Counted from the first letter of the whole stretch, positions 25,828 through 38,619 are shown. The stretch is 63,932 nt of DNA, filler included, from Octopus bimaculoides (GCF_001194135.2; 8 parts of 8 records of this genome joined end to end with filler, not necessarily neighbours in it), one strand, 5' to 3'. Notes: generated by a model from the letters alone, not told the origin. Numbers and translations are program-made.

Positions 25828-26725
25828 AAACAATGCAAGGAATATCAACTGTAAAAACAGCAAAAATAACAACACTTTCACACAGATAGTCCAATAATAG
25901 GTACCATCTCAGAAACTGCGACACGTTTTTATAGCTGTCTGTTTCAGGACACACAAACAAGCCACATCAGATAGTTGCTAGTGGAACTGCCGTCATCGGG
26001 GCTAATTAACAAGGAGTTTGAATCAAACTGTTTTGACCCATACAATAAATGTGTCGAGCGAACGTCTTTCGTTTGTTTACTCACACGTGTGTGAGTGTGT
26101 ATATATATATGTACATATATATATATATATATATANNNNNNNNNNNNNNNNNNNNNNNNNNNNNNNNNNNNNNNNNNNNNNNNNNNNNNNNNNNNNNNNN
26201 NNNNNNNNNNNNNNNNNNNNNNNNNNNNNNNNNNNNNNNNNNNNNNNNNNNNNNNNNNNNNNNNNNNNNNNNNNNNNNNNNNNNNNNNNNNNNNNNNNNN
26301 NNNNNNNNNNNNNNNNNNNNNNNNNNNNNNNNNNNNNNNNNNNNNNNNNNNNNNNNNNNNNNNNNNNNNNNNNNNNNNNNNNNNNNNNNNNNNNNNNNNN
26401 NNNNNNNNNNNNNNNNNNNNNNNNNNNNNNNNNNNNNNNNNNNNNNNNNNNNNNNNNNNNNNNNNNNNNNNNNNNNNNNNNNNNNNNNNNNNNNNNNNNN
26501 NNNNNNNNNNNNNNNNNNNNNNNNNNNNNNNNNNNNNNNNNNNNNNNNNNNNNNNNNNNNNNNNNNNNNNNNNNNNNNNNNNNNNNNNNNNNNNNNNNNN
26601 NNNNNNNNNNNNNNNNAGCTGTTTCTGATATGCATTATAGGTGCGTTCACGAATCTATTAACTCCATTTATTGACCGACTGAGAAAAGTTGATCGACCAT
26701 AAAATAAATACTTATTCTTATATTA

Positions 26726-26835
26726 TTCGAAATTTCCCCAAAACACTTAATGAAAGCTGGAGCGTATATCAGCCGAAACGTTGAGTTAACAACAAACAAG
26801 ATGAGGACAAATATCCGTCAATTTTAAATAATGTA
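26726..26835 (+). mobile_element. Second copy of the family H1 hammerhead module (degenerate core, no tRNA-like head seen)
   Basis: Collinear with 53995-54104: GAAATTTCCCCA..ACAC-TTAATGA-A-AGCTGG..TCAGCC-GAAACGTT..AACAACAAACAAGATGAGGACAAATATCC. Confidence 0.75.
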
Positions 26836-26865
26836 AATAATGTAACTAATGTATCATCATCATCG

Positions 26866-26912
<47 letters not shown>

Positions 26913-26930
26913 ATTATTGTTATTATTATT

Positions 26931-27463
26931 CCTTCGTAAAACAGTGAAGATAAAAATGCATCGGCTTCTTTAGTCAGCTGTGAAGTCACAAGGACCTCAG
27001 ATAAATAATACTTTCCTTAAGATATGCGCTTGTGCCCAATAATGCTGCTTTTTGCGAGACATTAATCTTGCATGGGATTTCCAGTTGCTTTAAAAAGTCT
27101 TCAAGTTTCAATGGGACTGAGCCTAACCCTCCGATTACCACTGGTATCACTTTTACCTTACTCTCTCGCATTCCATACGATCTTGCCATTTCCACTTTCA
27201 ATTCGGAATACTTGGTGAATATTTCAACCTCTTTACTCACAAACATTCATGTCATTTGGTTTGGCTACATCAATGATCTGACAGTATTTGTCTCTCTTAT
27301 TCAATATGACAATATCCGGCCGATGGTGTTCGATTAATCGATCCATCTGAAAACCATAGTCCCAGAGCATCATTACTTTTCCATCCTCCTGCATAACTTT
27401 ATTTGGTACGTGTTTATACCAGTTCTTTGTTACTTCATATTGGTATTTACGACATAAGAGTCA

Positions 27464-27464
<1 letters not shown>
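26931..27464 (-). mobile_element. 5'-truncated R4/Dong-like non-LTR retrotransposon (restriction-like endonuclease domain plus 3' UTR) within (TAA)n
   Basis: Minus strand: WYKHVPNKVMQEDGKVMMLWDYGFQMDRLIEHHRPDIVILNKRDKYCQIIDVAKPND, frameshift, SKEVEIFTKYSELKVE..VIPVVIGGLGSVP..QKAALLGT (PD..D..K-type endonuclease); trinucleotide tracts at both junctions. Confidence 0.85.
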
Positions 27465-27535
<71 letters not shown>

Positions 27536-27547
27536 AATAATAATAAT
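27465..27547. repeat. (TTA)n/(TAA)n microsatellite at the 5' junction of the R4-like element
   Basis: Directly visible; a (GTT)n/(TTA)n tract lies at the 3' junction (about 26864-26930). Confidence 0.95.
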
Positions 27548-28043
27548 TCCTTGCATTCAGTTATATGTTCTTTGTTATATTTTGTTATTTATTTGTTCAT
27601 ATATCTAGTTGACCCCTTTCTCTTTTCTATCCGTATAGTTCTTTCGCCCTCATCTTTCTTCTGCCTTCTAATCGACTCTACAAAGCCCTTTTCTCCCTGT
27701 TCTCTCTCTCTACCACCCTCTCTCACTCCTCTCCTCTCTCCCACTCTCTTCCAGTCCCACCTGTATAGATATTATAACCTTTCTGACAACCTCCTCTTTT
27801 CAACTTGTAGATGACATAAACTGCTCCGACCATATATAAAGTGTAAATTCCATCAATTGGCTCATATTTTGATATCCCTTAACTGAGAAAGATTTCGCGT
27901 AAGAGATGAAATTCCATTTTAATTTAATGCATAATTATCTGAAACACACGTATTAAATACATTCAAAATATCATTAATCGATTTTTACTACGTTATGCAT
28001 ACACACGCACAAACTCACCCCACGCACACGTATACGCACGCAC

Positions 28044-28079
<36 letters not shown>

Positions 28080-28393
28080 NNNNNNNNNNNNNNNNNNNNN
28101 NNNNNNNNNNNNNNNNNNNNNNNNNNNNNNNNNNNNNNNNNNNNNNNNNNNNNNNNNNNNNNNNNNNNNNNNNNNNNNNNNNNNNNNNNNNNNNNNNNNN
28201 NNNNNNNNNNNNNNNNNNNNNNNNNNNNNNNNNNNNNNNNNNNNNNNNNNNNNNNNNNNNNNNNNNNNNNNNNNNNNNNNNNNNNNNNNNNNNNNNNNNN
28301 NNNNNNNNNNNNNNNNNNNNNNNNNNNNNNNNNNNNNNNNNNNNNNNNNNNNNNNNNNNNNNNNNNNNNNNNNNNNNNNNNNNNNNNNNNNNN

Positions 28394-28433
<40 letters not shown>

Positions 28434-29454
28434 TATTCATATATATGTATATATAAGTATGCAATGTGTATGCGTTTGAATTTGAAATCGAGAGAAAGAA
28501 GGTATTATTACTGTTGTTGTAAAGCGAGACAACTATCCTGTTTGACGCAGAAATAACATCAATAGTGTTCAGTCGTTGAACATGCCATTGAAGTTAAGGC
28601 AAAGTCTGATAATGGTTGCAATGTCTATGTGTTCTTCACTGATAACACAATAGTCTATCTTTTTAGAAAGGTGCGACTGTTATTTCTATGAGGAGGTGTG
28701 TGCTGGCTCTTCAGTTGCTTCGTGAGAGAACTAAAAACTCATTAGTGGAGAGAGAGAGAGAGAGAGGGGGGGGGGAATGAAAGAGAGATAAAATTACTAG
28801 TGTGTCCAGCAGAGAAACTCGTTTAAGTCTGTAGCTCCGAGAACTGAAAAAAGAAAAAAAACGAAAATTCTGATTCTCTTTTATAAAGAGAGAAAATAAA
28901 TGAGAACGTGTTAGTTTGTGAGAGAGAGAAATAGAAAATGAGAAAAGAAGCTACGACAAGATGAGAAATAATGGAGCGTAATGTTAAGGGTATGAGAGAA
29001 ACAGTGAAAGAGAGAGAGAAAGAGAAAGAGGGAGAGGATGGGTGGGAGACGATAAATTGAAAAGAATAAGACACAGAAATCTTTAAGTAAGAGTAAACAT
29101 CTGGCAATCTTTAATCAGTGGCTCTCGGTGTAATTACAACGGAGCTTATCAGAAGGAAGTGAAACATTGATCAATACTTTAGTAGAATCATCTATCTATT
29201 AATAAACTGATCGAATGTAGTGAAGGTGTGCCACACTTAATACGTTTCGCTATTTAACTCACTTTCTATCTACATTCAGCGTTTAAATATCTCCATAGTT
29301 GAACCTTTGACTTTCATTCCTCTGGAATCAATTAAATAAATACCAGGCGTGTACAGAGGACATGGGGGTCGACACAACATCCTCAATCGTCATCGAACAA
29401 CTTTTTAATCTGGTACCAATATAAGAAATCATTATTTATGTTATTTATTATGAG

Positions 29455-29543
29455 TAAGGCAGGCGAGCTGGCAGAATCGATAGTGCGTCGCACAAAATGC
29501 TTCGTGCCATTCCGTCCATCTTAACGTTGTGATTTGAAATTCC
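29455..29543 (+). mobile_element. SINE family A head fragment
   Basis: TAAGGCAGGCGAGCTGGCAGAATCG..CAAAATGCTT..GAAATTCC. Confidence 0.7.
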
Positions 29544-29597
29544 TTACTTTTTAGCCACAACTTTCTCTCACTCTTTCTTCCTGTTTCTGTTGTAATT

Positions 29598-29741
29598 GTA
29601 CCATGCTGAATCTCCCCGAGAACTACGTTAAGGGTACACGTATCTGTGGAATGCTCAGCCACTTGCACGTTAATTTCACGAGCAGGCTGTTCCGTTGATC
29701 GGATCAACTGGAACCTTCGTCGTCGTAACCGACGGAGTGCC
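29598..29741 (+). mobile_element. SINE family D tail fragment
   Basis: GCTGAATCTCCCC..CACTTGCACGTTAATTTCACGAGC..GTTGATCGGATC..AACCGACGGAGTGCC, matching 13000-13145. Confidence 0.7.
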
Positions 29742-31339
29742 GTAGAATTTTCTTCCAAAAGTGTGACTTTTGCCATTGTAAGAAATTATTATGTAAGACG
29801 ATCGAAAGCAAAGTATCTGACAGAATAATTAGTTATGTTTCTCTTAGTTTAGCTTTCAAATCTCTGTGAGATCGGCTTTCCCTTACATTAAAATGAATAT
29901 GCAGGACACAAATGCGTTACAGAAACATTTCCTCACCGAAATATAGTGCTTTGGGCCTTTGTTTTGAAACATTTTTATTTTCAAGCTGATGTTAGTCGAT
30001 GTAAATGATGTTAGAATGGAGAAAAACATTAGCGGTGGAGAAAAACATTGATAAATCTCATCCGAGATAGCCTTTCACTTTAATCTCACCTGAGTAGATG
30101 AAATCTATCACAATCAAAGAATAAAATCGATCAACTGACAACACAATATCTCTCTATGTCATCTTACATTAAGTGCTTGATTGAGTAACCCTTCAGAAAT
30201 CATTACATATAAAAAATCGCTAAGAGCCCGAGTACTCTTGGGTGTAGAAAGAATGGTTATATCTGAAGTCTAGCAGACAAGTTTACTGCCTTGCAGACTT
30301 TAGTTATACTCATTGATGTTCTAAGTTCAAATTCTACCAAGCTAGACAGATTTTGCCATTCATGCTTCCGATATTGATAAAATAAATATGTACCAGTCAA
30401 GTATCGGAGAGAATTGAATCACCTTCACACTCCTCAGGCTATTCTTCACAAAATTTCTGGTTTTATGTCTATAGTATAAATCGCTATTTAGCGTTGTTCA
30501 TTTCGTTTCTTTATTCAAATATTGTCAATGTTGAGGTTAGACTTTCCTCTCTCCAGATTCTGTGGAATAAGTACCAAATGTGTAGCCTGGTACTTAACAT
30601 AAGAAATCTTTCATCGTTACGATATCGATAATTTAAGTAGTGCTGTCGACTTAATCGAATACATTCTCTCCAACGCAATGTGTGACCCAGTGCCTATTTT
30701 AAAAAAATCAATATTAATATTATTTATCTGAAACGAGTGCAGTAGAGCAAGTTATAGACTTAGTCGAAAATCACGATCCGCTTTCGATTCACGTTTGAAG
30801 TAATAATACAGATCGTGGTGATGGTGGAGGTGGTAGCAATAAAGTTGGTGTTGGTAGTAGTAGCTGTAGCACTGCTGCTGCTGCTGTTGTTGTTGTCGTT
30901 GATTTGCAGATGAAGATAAAGGGTTTTTAAAGCAGTGTTTGCAGTGATATTGATAATATTTGTACTGGTACAGTGGCAATGAGGAATATAGTTCTGGTGG
31001 CGAAGGCGATGATACGGGAGATGCTGAAGCAAGCAAAAATTTAGTGATGGCAACCATAATGAATAAGGTTGTATAAACGTTAGCAGTAATCAGACCTGAT
31101 GATGCTTGTGACGATGGTAGAGATGATGATGGTGTTACTGCCATTGTTGTTAATGTTGTTATTCTGTAACCCAAAGTTAGCTCAGACCCAGCGGCCTATG
31201 ACAAAACGGTACCGGACAAGCTACGGAGCAGTCTTCTCCGTTGTACCATAGCAACGTCTGGTTAAAAACCATACTACATAATTGGACATACCCGTGGTCA
31301 ACCGTATTTGCTGTAGTATGGGCATATCTTTGTGTCTTT

Positions 31340-31532
31340 TAAGTTTTACATCTTCCCGTCATTAGACTGTGGCCATACTGTGTCACCTCATTCAGGGGTT
31401 CCGTGGAGCAAATCGACCCTAGTATTTATTTTTTCCTAAGCCTTGTACCTATTCTGTAGGTCTCGTTTTGCCCAACTGCTAGGTTAAGGGACATCAACAA
31501 ACCGATATCTGTTGTCAAGCGGTGATGGAAGA

Positions 31533-31578
<46 letters not shown>

Positions 31579-31745
31579 GGACGGGCTTTTTTAAGTTCCC
31601 GTCAAACAAACCCACTCACAACGTTTTGGTTGGGCCGGATCTATAGCAGAAGACACTTATCAAGGGTGCCGTGTATGCAATAGGGCTGAACCCGAGACCA
31701 TGTGGTTGGGAGGAAAACTTCTTACCACACAGCCACGTCTGTGCC
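31340..31745 (-). mobile_element. SINE family B, diverged full length
   Basis: Head CCACACAGCCACG (reverse), AGAAGACAC, CCACTCACAA, internal (TA)n, tail TAGACTGTGGCCATA. Confidence 0.75.
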
Positions 31746-31939
31746 CATCTAGATAAGAAGCAGTCTATTACCTGTCTTATTATTATTATCATTATTATTA
31801 TTATTATTATTATCATTATTTTGCTTTAGTGTTGCTGGTGGTGATGATGATGCTGACGATGATTGTGTTAGTGACATGGAAGCTGTTGGTTGATATTGGT
31901 ATTGTTGGTGCTGTTGACGATGATGATAGTAATAATTAT

Positions 31940-32130
31940 TTCAAAACTTTGCCACAATGGCAGCATGGGGGAGAAGGAGATGAGTCGATTACATCGACCC
32001 CAGGGCTCAACTGGTACTCATTTTATCGATCCCGAAAGGACTTTAAGGCAAGGTCGACCTGGGCGGAATTTGAACTCAGAACGTAGCAATGGGCTAAATA
32101 CCGCTAACCATTTTGTCCAGAGTGATAACA
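31940..32130 (-). mobile_element. SINE family A, 5'-degenerate copy
   Basis: GTCGATTACATCGACCCCAG..CTGGTAC..TATCGATCCCGAAAGG..GTCGACCT..GGAATTTGAACTCAG. Confidence 0.8.
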
Positions 32131-32132
32131 AT

Positions 32133-32370
32133 TTTTATTTCTTTATTGCCCACAAGGGGCTAAAGCATAGAGGGGACAAACAAGGATAGACAAAGGGATT
32201 AAGTCGATTACATCGACTCCAGGACGTAACTGGTACTTAATTTATCGATACCGAAAAGATGAATGGCAAAATCGACCTCGGCGGAATTTGAACTCAGAAT
32301 GTAACGGCAGGCGAAATACCGCTAAGCATTACGCTCTGGGTGCTAACGATTCTGCCAGCTCCCCACCTTA
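32133..32370 (-). mobile_element. SINE family A, full length
   Basis: Same tail subfamily as 12422 and 22921. Confidence 0.88.
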
Positions 32371-32403
32371 GGTGCCGATAGTAATAATAACTTTGTTTTG
32401 CCG

Positions 32404-32620
32404 TAAGGCGGCGAGCTGGCAGAAACGTTAACACGCTGGACGAAATGCTTAGCGGTATTTCGTCTGTCTTTCTTTATGTTCTGAGTTCAAATTCCGCCGA
32501 GGTCGACTTTTCCTTTCATCCTTTTGGGGGTCGATAAATTAAGTACCAGTTGTGTACTAGGGTCGATCTAATCGATTGGTTCCCCCCCTAGAATTTCGGG
32601 GCTTGTGCCTCGAATAGAAA
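32404..32620 (+). mobile_element. SINE family A, full length, head-to-head with 32133-32370
   Basis: TAAGGCGGCGAGCTGGCAGAAACGTT..GAGTTCAAATTCCGCCGAGGTCGAC..GGGTCGATAAATTAAGTACCAG. Confidence 0.9.
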
Positions 32621-33031
32621 ATAATAACGTTGTCGTAGTTGCTGTTGCTGTTGTTGTTGTTGTTGTTGTTGTTTCTGTTAAAAGTTGGTTTTGCAGTAGT
32701 TTTGTTATTGTCGATGATGATGATTGTTGATGTTGTAGTTTTTGCTACTACAGTTCTATTGCTACAATTGTTGTTATTGTTGTTGTTGTTGTTGTTGCCG
32801 CTATTCGTGTTCCGGAGCAGTAATCATTGGCAATCTAACTATGACCACCTCCTCATTTTTTTTCTATATGAATGGAACCTAGGACCTTATTCTCATAAGC
32901 GCTGTTCCTTTCTAAGACAGTAGATTTAAGGAAGATTGGGGGTAGGGGTGGGGCGGGGTTCTGGCAGGGAGAAAGAAAAGGAAGACGCTTCCTACGTTGG
33001 CTCATGATGATGGTGGTGGTGTCGGTGATGA

Positions 33032-33131
33032 NNNNNNNNNNNNNNNNNNNNNNNNNNNNNNNNNNNNNNNNNNNNTTAATTAATTAANNNNNNNNNNNNN
33101 NNNNNNNNNNNNNNNNNNNNNNNNNNNNNNN
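33032..33131. other. Artificial six-frame-stop linker
   Basis: 44 N + TTAATTAATTAA + 44 N. Confidence 0.97.
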
Positions 33132-33139
33132 ATTACACC

Positions 33140-33432
33140 TAGCAAGTTACCCTCCCAGTCACAAGTCCGGGCAAGATTGCTTATGGAAGACCAGCAGTCG
33201 TCCAAGCATACTGACCTCCCCTCTCCACACCATCAATGCTATCCAAGGGAAATACAGGCTGATACAGCTTGGCACTTGTGACGTCGCAACTCATTTCTAC
33301 AGCTGAGTGAACTGGAGCAACGTGAAATAGAGTCTCTTGCTCAAGAACGCAACACGCAGCCCGGTCTGGGATTCGAACTCACAACACCGCGATCGGAAGC
33401 TCGACGCTCTAATCTCTGAGCCATGCACCTTC
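33140..33432 (-). mobile_element. SINE family C
   Basis: Reverse-complement match to 23232-23575; B-box GAGTTCGAATCCC on the minus strand. Confidence 0.85.
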
Positions 33433-35799
33433 ACGTATGTACATACATATACTTGTGATAAATACGTGTTTTCTCGTGCTTACTTGTGTGTCTCTGCATA
33501 TGTGTATCTCATTATCTTTCTAGCTCACCTCTCTCTATCTCACCTCTCTCTCTCTCTCGCTCTTTCTTTCTCATTCCATTTCTCACGTTCGCCGTCTCAC
33601 ATTATCTTCATCCTACAGTTATTCACCACTTCCTAACTGCTGACTCCCCATCATTTATCCCTTATATCATCTACCTTAACAATTGTGTTGATTTTTCAGT
33701 GACTCTGACGCACGTTTCCATGACAACTGTGCCCGTAATTACTCGAAATGAAGCGTACAAAGTAATTGGTCTCTTGATCGGGTTGCCTATTAAAATGACA
33801 GAGGTGGAGGAAACTATATGCATGTATATATATATGTATATATATATATANNNNNNNNNNNNNNNNNNNNNNNNNNNNNNNNNNNNNNNNNNNNNNNNNN
33901 NNNNNNNNNNNNNNNNNNNNNNNNNNNNNNNNNNNNNNNNNNNNNNNNNNNNNNNNNNNNNNNNNNNNNNNNNNNNNNNNNNNNNNNNNNNNNNNNNNNN
34001 NNNNNNNNNNNNNNNNNNNNNNNNNNNNNNNNNNNNNNNNNNNNNNNNNNNNNNNNNNNNNNNNNNNNNNNNNNNNNNNNNNNNNNNNNNNNNNNNNNNN
34101 NNNNNNNNNNNNNNNNNNNNNNNNNNNNNNNNNNNNNNNNNNNNNNNNNNNNNNNNNNNNNNNNNNNNNNNNNNNNNNNNNNNNNNNNNNNNNNNNNNNN
34201 NNNNNNNNNNNNNNNNNNNNNNNNNNNNNNNNNNNNNNNNNNNNNNNNNNNNNNNNNNNNNNNNNNNNNNNNNNNNNNNNNNNNNNNNNNNNNNNNNNNN
34301 NNNNNNNNNNNNNNNNNNNNNNNNNNNNNNNNNNNNNNNNNNNNNNNNNNNNNNNNNNNNNNNNNNNNNNNNNNNNNNNNNNNNNNNNNNNNNNNNNNNN
34401 NNNNNNNNNNNNNNNNNNNNNNNNNNNNNNNNNNNNNNNNNNNNNNNNNNNNNNNNNNNNNNNNNNNNNNNNNNNNNNNNNNNNNNNNNNNNNNNNNNNN
34501 NNNNNNNNNNNNNNNNNNNNNNNNNNNNNNNNNNNTATATAAGAGTAAGTGTGTGAATGGATTTCTTTACAAATATTATATAGTATATAATATATATATA
34601 TATGTGCATGTGTGTGTGTGTGTGTGTGTACGTGTGTGTACATATTTGTGTGTGTGTGTGTGTGTTTATATATGCATCGTATGTATGCACGCATGCGTAT
34701 ATCCAAGCTTACACTAATATATGAATATATTTCCAAGTACAAGGAAGCATTCGCTTTAGTACATAAGCGAACAAACAGATACACATTAATGTATATATCT
34801 TTATGCATGTCTCTACGCATAATTACATGTTTATATGTTCGTATATGCATCTATAGGTGTTATTGCACGCGTTCGTGTATGTTCATGTAAAAACACTGAG
34901 TGACAGACACAGGCATTCATATTTCGATATATACACATCTACTGACACTGACGTAATAGAATATTTATCTATTATATTATTTTATATGAGAGAAACATGA
35001 ACCAGATACATATACGCATCTGGGTTTGTGTGCGTATGTCATTGTATCTGTAGGTGTGTGTATGTGTGTGTGGTGGCCATCTTTTTGCTTCATTTCTTTT
35101 ATTTTTATTGTTTTTCTAATTGGAGCTGGTTTCTCTTTTCTTCAGGTTTGTATGTAGTTTAAAACTTCATTTTGTTTACATGAAAACTATAAACTTGATA
35201 ATAAAAATCAATGAAGATTATTGAAACAATATTGTTAGATTTACTTGCAGACAAATCAACGGCTAGTAACTGTGGAAGAAATTAATTGAGAAGCCGCGCA
35301 ATTTTTCAACACTGCCATATGAAGAAAAGATGTGGAGGATTTCTGAAAGAACAAAGCTAACATTTAAAATTTTAACATACATATGTATAGAGGCAAATTT
35401 TAAAGTATATAAGTATAAATACATATGTGTATTTAGATACGTATCTATAAATATCCTCAGCTTGCATAAAAATTATGCTGTAAACTCTGCAAGAATGAAA
35501 CCAACGATTTTAAATGCTGACATGACTAACGTATATAATTATGTTCCATAATTCTGTAACAAATTAAACAAGGTTTGGTTATGAATAATAGAATATGGCA
35601 ACGGTAGATTCTACAAACCATGGAATTCACGTAAATACATTTGTGGTCCAAATCTGGAGCTTGAGCGCTAGATTGTTTGCAAGGAACATTTGAATATGTC
35701 GGAATTAAATATATTGGAAGGGGAACAGTTTGACGCATAGGTAGATCAGAAATTACGTTCTTGTAAATGGTTTAATGGCACAAAATATCGTCAAATATT

Positions 35800-36135
35800 T
35801 GGAAAGATATTTTAAATATTTACTGGAATGTGGGAATTGTTAAGAAGACCTGTGCTTCAAGAAAATTGATTTGTATGGTATTCAAGCAAGGTATCACAGA
35901 ATTAGATGAAAACTCAGATATCGCGTCTCTGACATGCGTTGTTCAATGCACCGATTTTAATCTAATAGAACACGTAGGGGAATATAGTCATAGAACGTTG
36001 CAAGCTAGGACGTCGAATATGACATCAATTACAAAGCTGCATGAAGTTGTAATCGAAGACTGGATAAACATGGATCAGTGTTCCATTGATAATTGTATCA
36101 ATACGTTTCTAATTAAACGAAAGCCGCAATATTAG
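35800..36135 (+). mobile_element. Highly decayed Tc1-like transposase C-terminus
   Basis: ..TDFNLIEHV..LHEVVIEDWINMDQCSIDNCI..KRKPQY* resembles the Tc1 end (SPDLNPIEH..L...W..I....I..LI....Y*). Confidence 0.45.
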
Positions 36136-36307
36136 ATAAAGGAAGATATAGAAAATAATAAAAGAAAATTCCATTCAATTTGGATAATTTTTCATAGTTA
36201 TTTGACTTTCATTAGCCTTGCTATGAAGTTATTCTAGTACAGCAGGTCCACGCAAATGTATACATATACATATGCATACACACGTATACGTATGTATATA
36301 TATGTAT

Positions 36308-36445
36308 CTCTCTTTTACTTTTTTACTTGTTTCAGTCATTTGACTGTAGCCATGCTCGAGCACCGCGGTTTAGTCGAGCTAATCGACCCCAGGACTTATT
36401 CTTTGTAAGCCTAGTACTTATTCTATCGGTTACTTTAGCCGAACC
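36308..36445 (-). mobile_element. SINE family B tail, cut by a gap
   Basis: TTACTTGTTTCAGTCATTTGACTGTAGCCATGCT..GACCCCAGGACTTATTCTTTGTAAGCCTAGTAC. Confidence 0.8.
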
Positions 36446-38619
36446 NNNNNNNNNNNNNNNNNNNNNNNNNNNNNNNNNNNNNNNNNNNNNNNNNNNNNNN
36501 NNNNNNNNNNNNNNNNNNNNNNNNNNNNNNNNNNNNNNNNNNNNNNNNNNNNNNNNNNNNNNNNNNNNNNNNNNNNNNNNNNNNNNNNNNNNNNNNNNNN
36601 NNNNNNNNNNNNNNNNNNNNNNNNNNNNNNNNNNNNNNNNNNNNNNNNNNNNNNNNNNNNNNNNNNNNNNNNNNNNNNNNNNNNNNNNNNNNNNNNNNNN
36701 NNNNNNNNNNNNNNNNNNNNNNNNNNNNNNNNNNNNNNNNNNNNNNNNNNNNNNNNNNNNNNNNNNNNNNNNNNNNNNNNNNNNNNNNNNNNNNNNNNNN
36801 NNNNNNNNNNNNNNNNNNNNNNNNNNNNNNNNNNNNNNNNNNNNNNNNNNNNNNNNNNNNNNNNNNNNNNNNNNNNNNNNNNNNNNNNNNNNNNNNNNNN
36901 NNNNNNNNNNNNNNNNNNNNNNNNNNNNNNNNNNNNNNNNNNNNNNNNNNNNNNNNNNNNNNNNNNNNNNNNNNNNNNNNNNNNNNNNNNNNNNNNNNNN
37001 NCATATATTTACATAGGGTGAGCAAGTACGATCCGGGCTCATTTGCATTTCGTGTAGGAACTTGGCTAGCATAGAATTCAATTCACATCATCGTATGTTC
37101 ACTTTCGGTATTGCATATTTATTTATTTCTTGTTTGCTTGTACAATTCCTATCATCTTTGATCCCCTGCTCGTTGGCTCGTCATTTCCCCGGTGACCTCT
37201 TGTTGCCGGCGTCACCAGTGGGAAACTAGTATTATCGTTGAGGGCGAGAAATTGCGTTTGACTGTCTGACCGAAAGGTGATGAGTAATTGGTGAACTTAT
37301 GTATGTTTACCGTTTGTTTGCGCATTTATTATGTTTGTTTTTTTAACAAACTCTTATTTTGTTTACATTAAATGTTTTTACCTTTATGTACGACGTCTAT
37401 TCCTATCCTTTCTGTTACTTTCCCTCCCTTTCACCCTCTCTCTCTCCCCTTCTCTCTCTTTTATTCTTTATCTCCCCTTCCCTCTCTACACTTCCTATGT
37501 GCTGCTATCTGTTCCTGTTATTTGGTTTCCCTCACTTCTTCCCTCACCACTCTCTGTTTCTCTCTCCGCCCCTTACCACTTTTCTCCCTCCATCTACTGT
37601 CACGTGAGCCGTGGTCATCGTCATCTTTTCCTTTTCACGACGACCGCCGAGGCAACAGATCGAATTTTCTATCGTCTGCTACTTCCAACACGTTTCGCTG
37701 TCTCTCTGTTGTCCTTCTCTCCTTAATCTGTTAAGACATTCCTCCTGGCGTTAAGCATATTTCCGTCTCCTATCTGTCCTTAAGGCCGTGTTCTGCTTGT
37801 TTCAGTTCGTATGTCCAGATTTCGTCTTGTTTGTTTTCGTCTTTGTTCATCATCGGTCCACTAATGGCCTCGTTTCTAATCACATTTATTCCGTGTTTGT
37901 ATGTTCACTTTCTACGTCATATATTTCTTTATTTCTGGTTTCCTAGTTCACTTTCTCTTATGTTTGATTCCTTGTTCCTTGACTCGCCATTTCCCAGCGG
38001 CCTCTTGCCTCCGGCACCATAACTGAAGGCGCCAAATTGCGTCAAGGCAACATATCGCATTTTGTCTCGTCTGCCACTTCCAACACGTTTCGCCACTACT
38101 GAAGACGCCAAATTGCGTTTCCCCATTCTGGCCGATAAATGAAGATTTGATGACCTTCTGCGTCTCTTTTCCGTGTGCATTTATAATGTGGATTTTAACT
38201 TANNNNNNNNNNNNNNNNNNNNNNNNNNNNNNNNNNNNNNNNNNNNNNNNNNNNNNNNNNNNNNNNNNNNNNNNNNNNNNNNNNNNNNNNNNNNNNNNNN
38301 NNNNNNNNNNNNNNNNNNNNNNNNNNNNNNNNNNNNNNNNNNNNNNNNNNNNNNNNNNNNNNNNNNNNNNNNNNNNNNNNNNNNNNNNNNNNNNNNNNNN
38401 NNNNNNNNNNNNNNNNNNNNNNNNNNNNNNNNNNNNNNNNNNNNNNNNNNNNNNNNNNNNNNNNNNNNNNNNNNNNNNNNNNNNNNNNNNNNNNNNNNNN
38501 NNNNNNNNNNNNNNNNNNNNNNNNNNNNNNNNNNNNNNNNNNNNNNNNNNNNNNNNNNNNNNNNNNNNNNNNNNNNNNNNNNNNNNNNNNNNNNNNNNNN
38601 NNNNNNNNNNNNNNNNNNN

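Noticed and set aside
30752-31174. Minus-strand ORF with poly-Q, poly-Y and poly-H, resembling a transcription factor low-complexity region
   Set aside because: Mixed trinucleotide microsatellite (GTT/GCT/GGT/GAT); no domain or splice support
31240-31260. Near X-box GTTGTACCATAGCAAC
   Set aside because: Imperfect spacing, no associated exon or promoter evidence, lies among repeats
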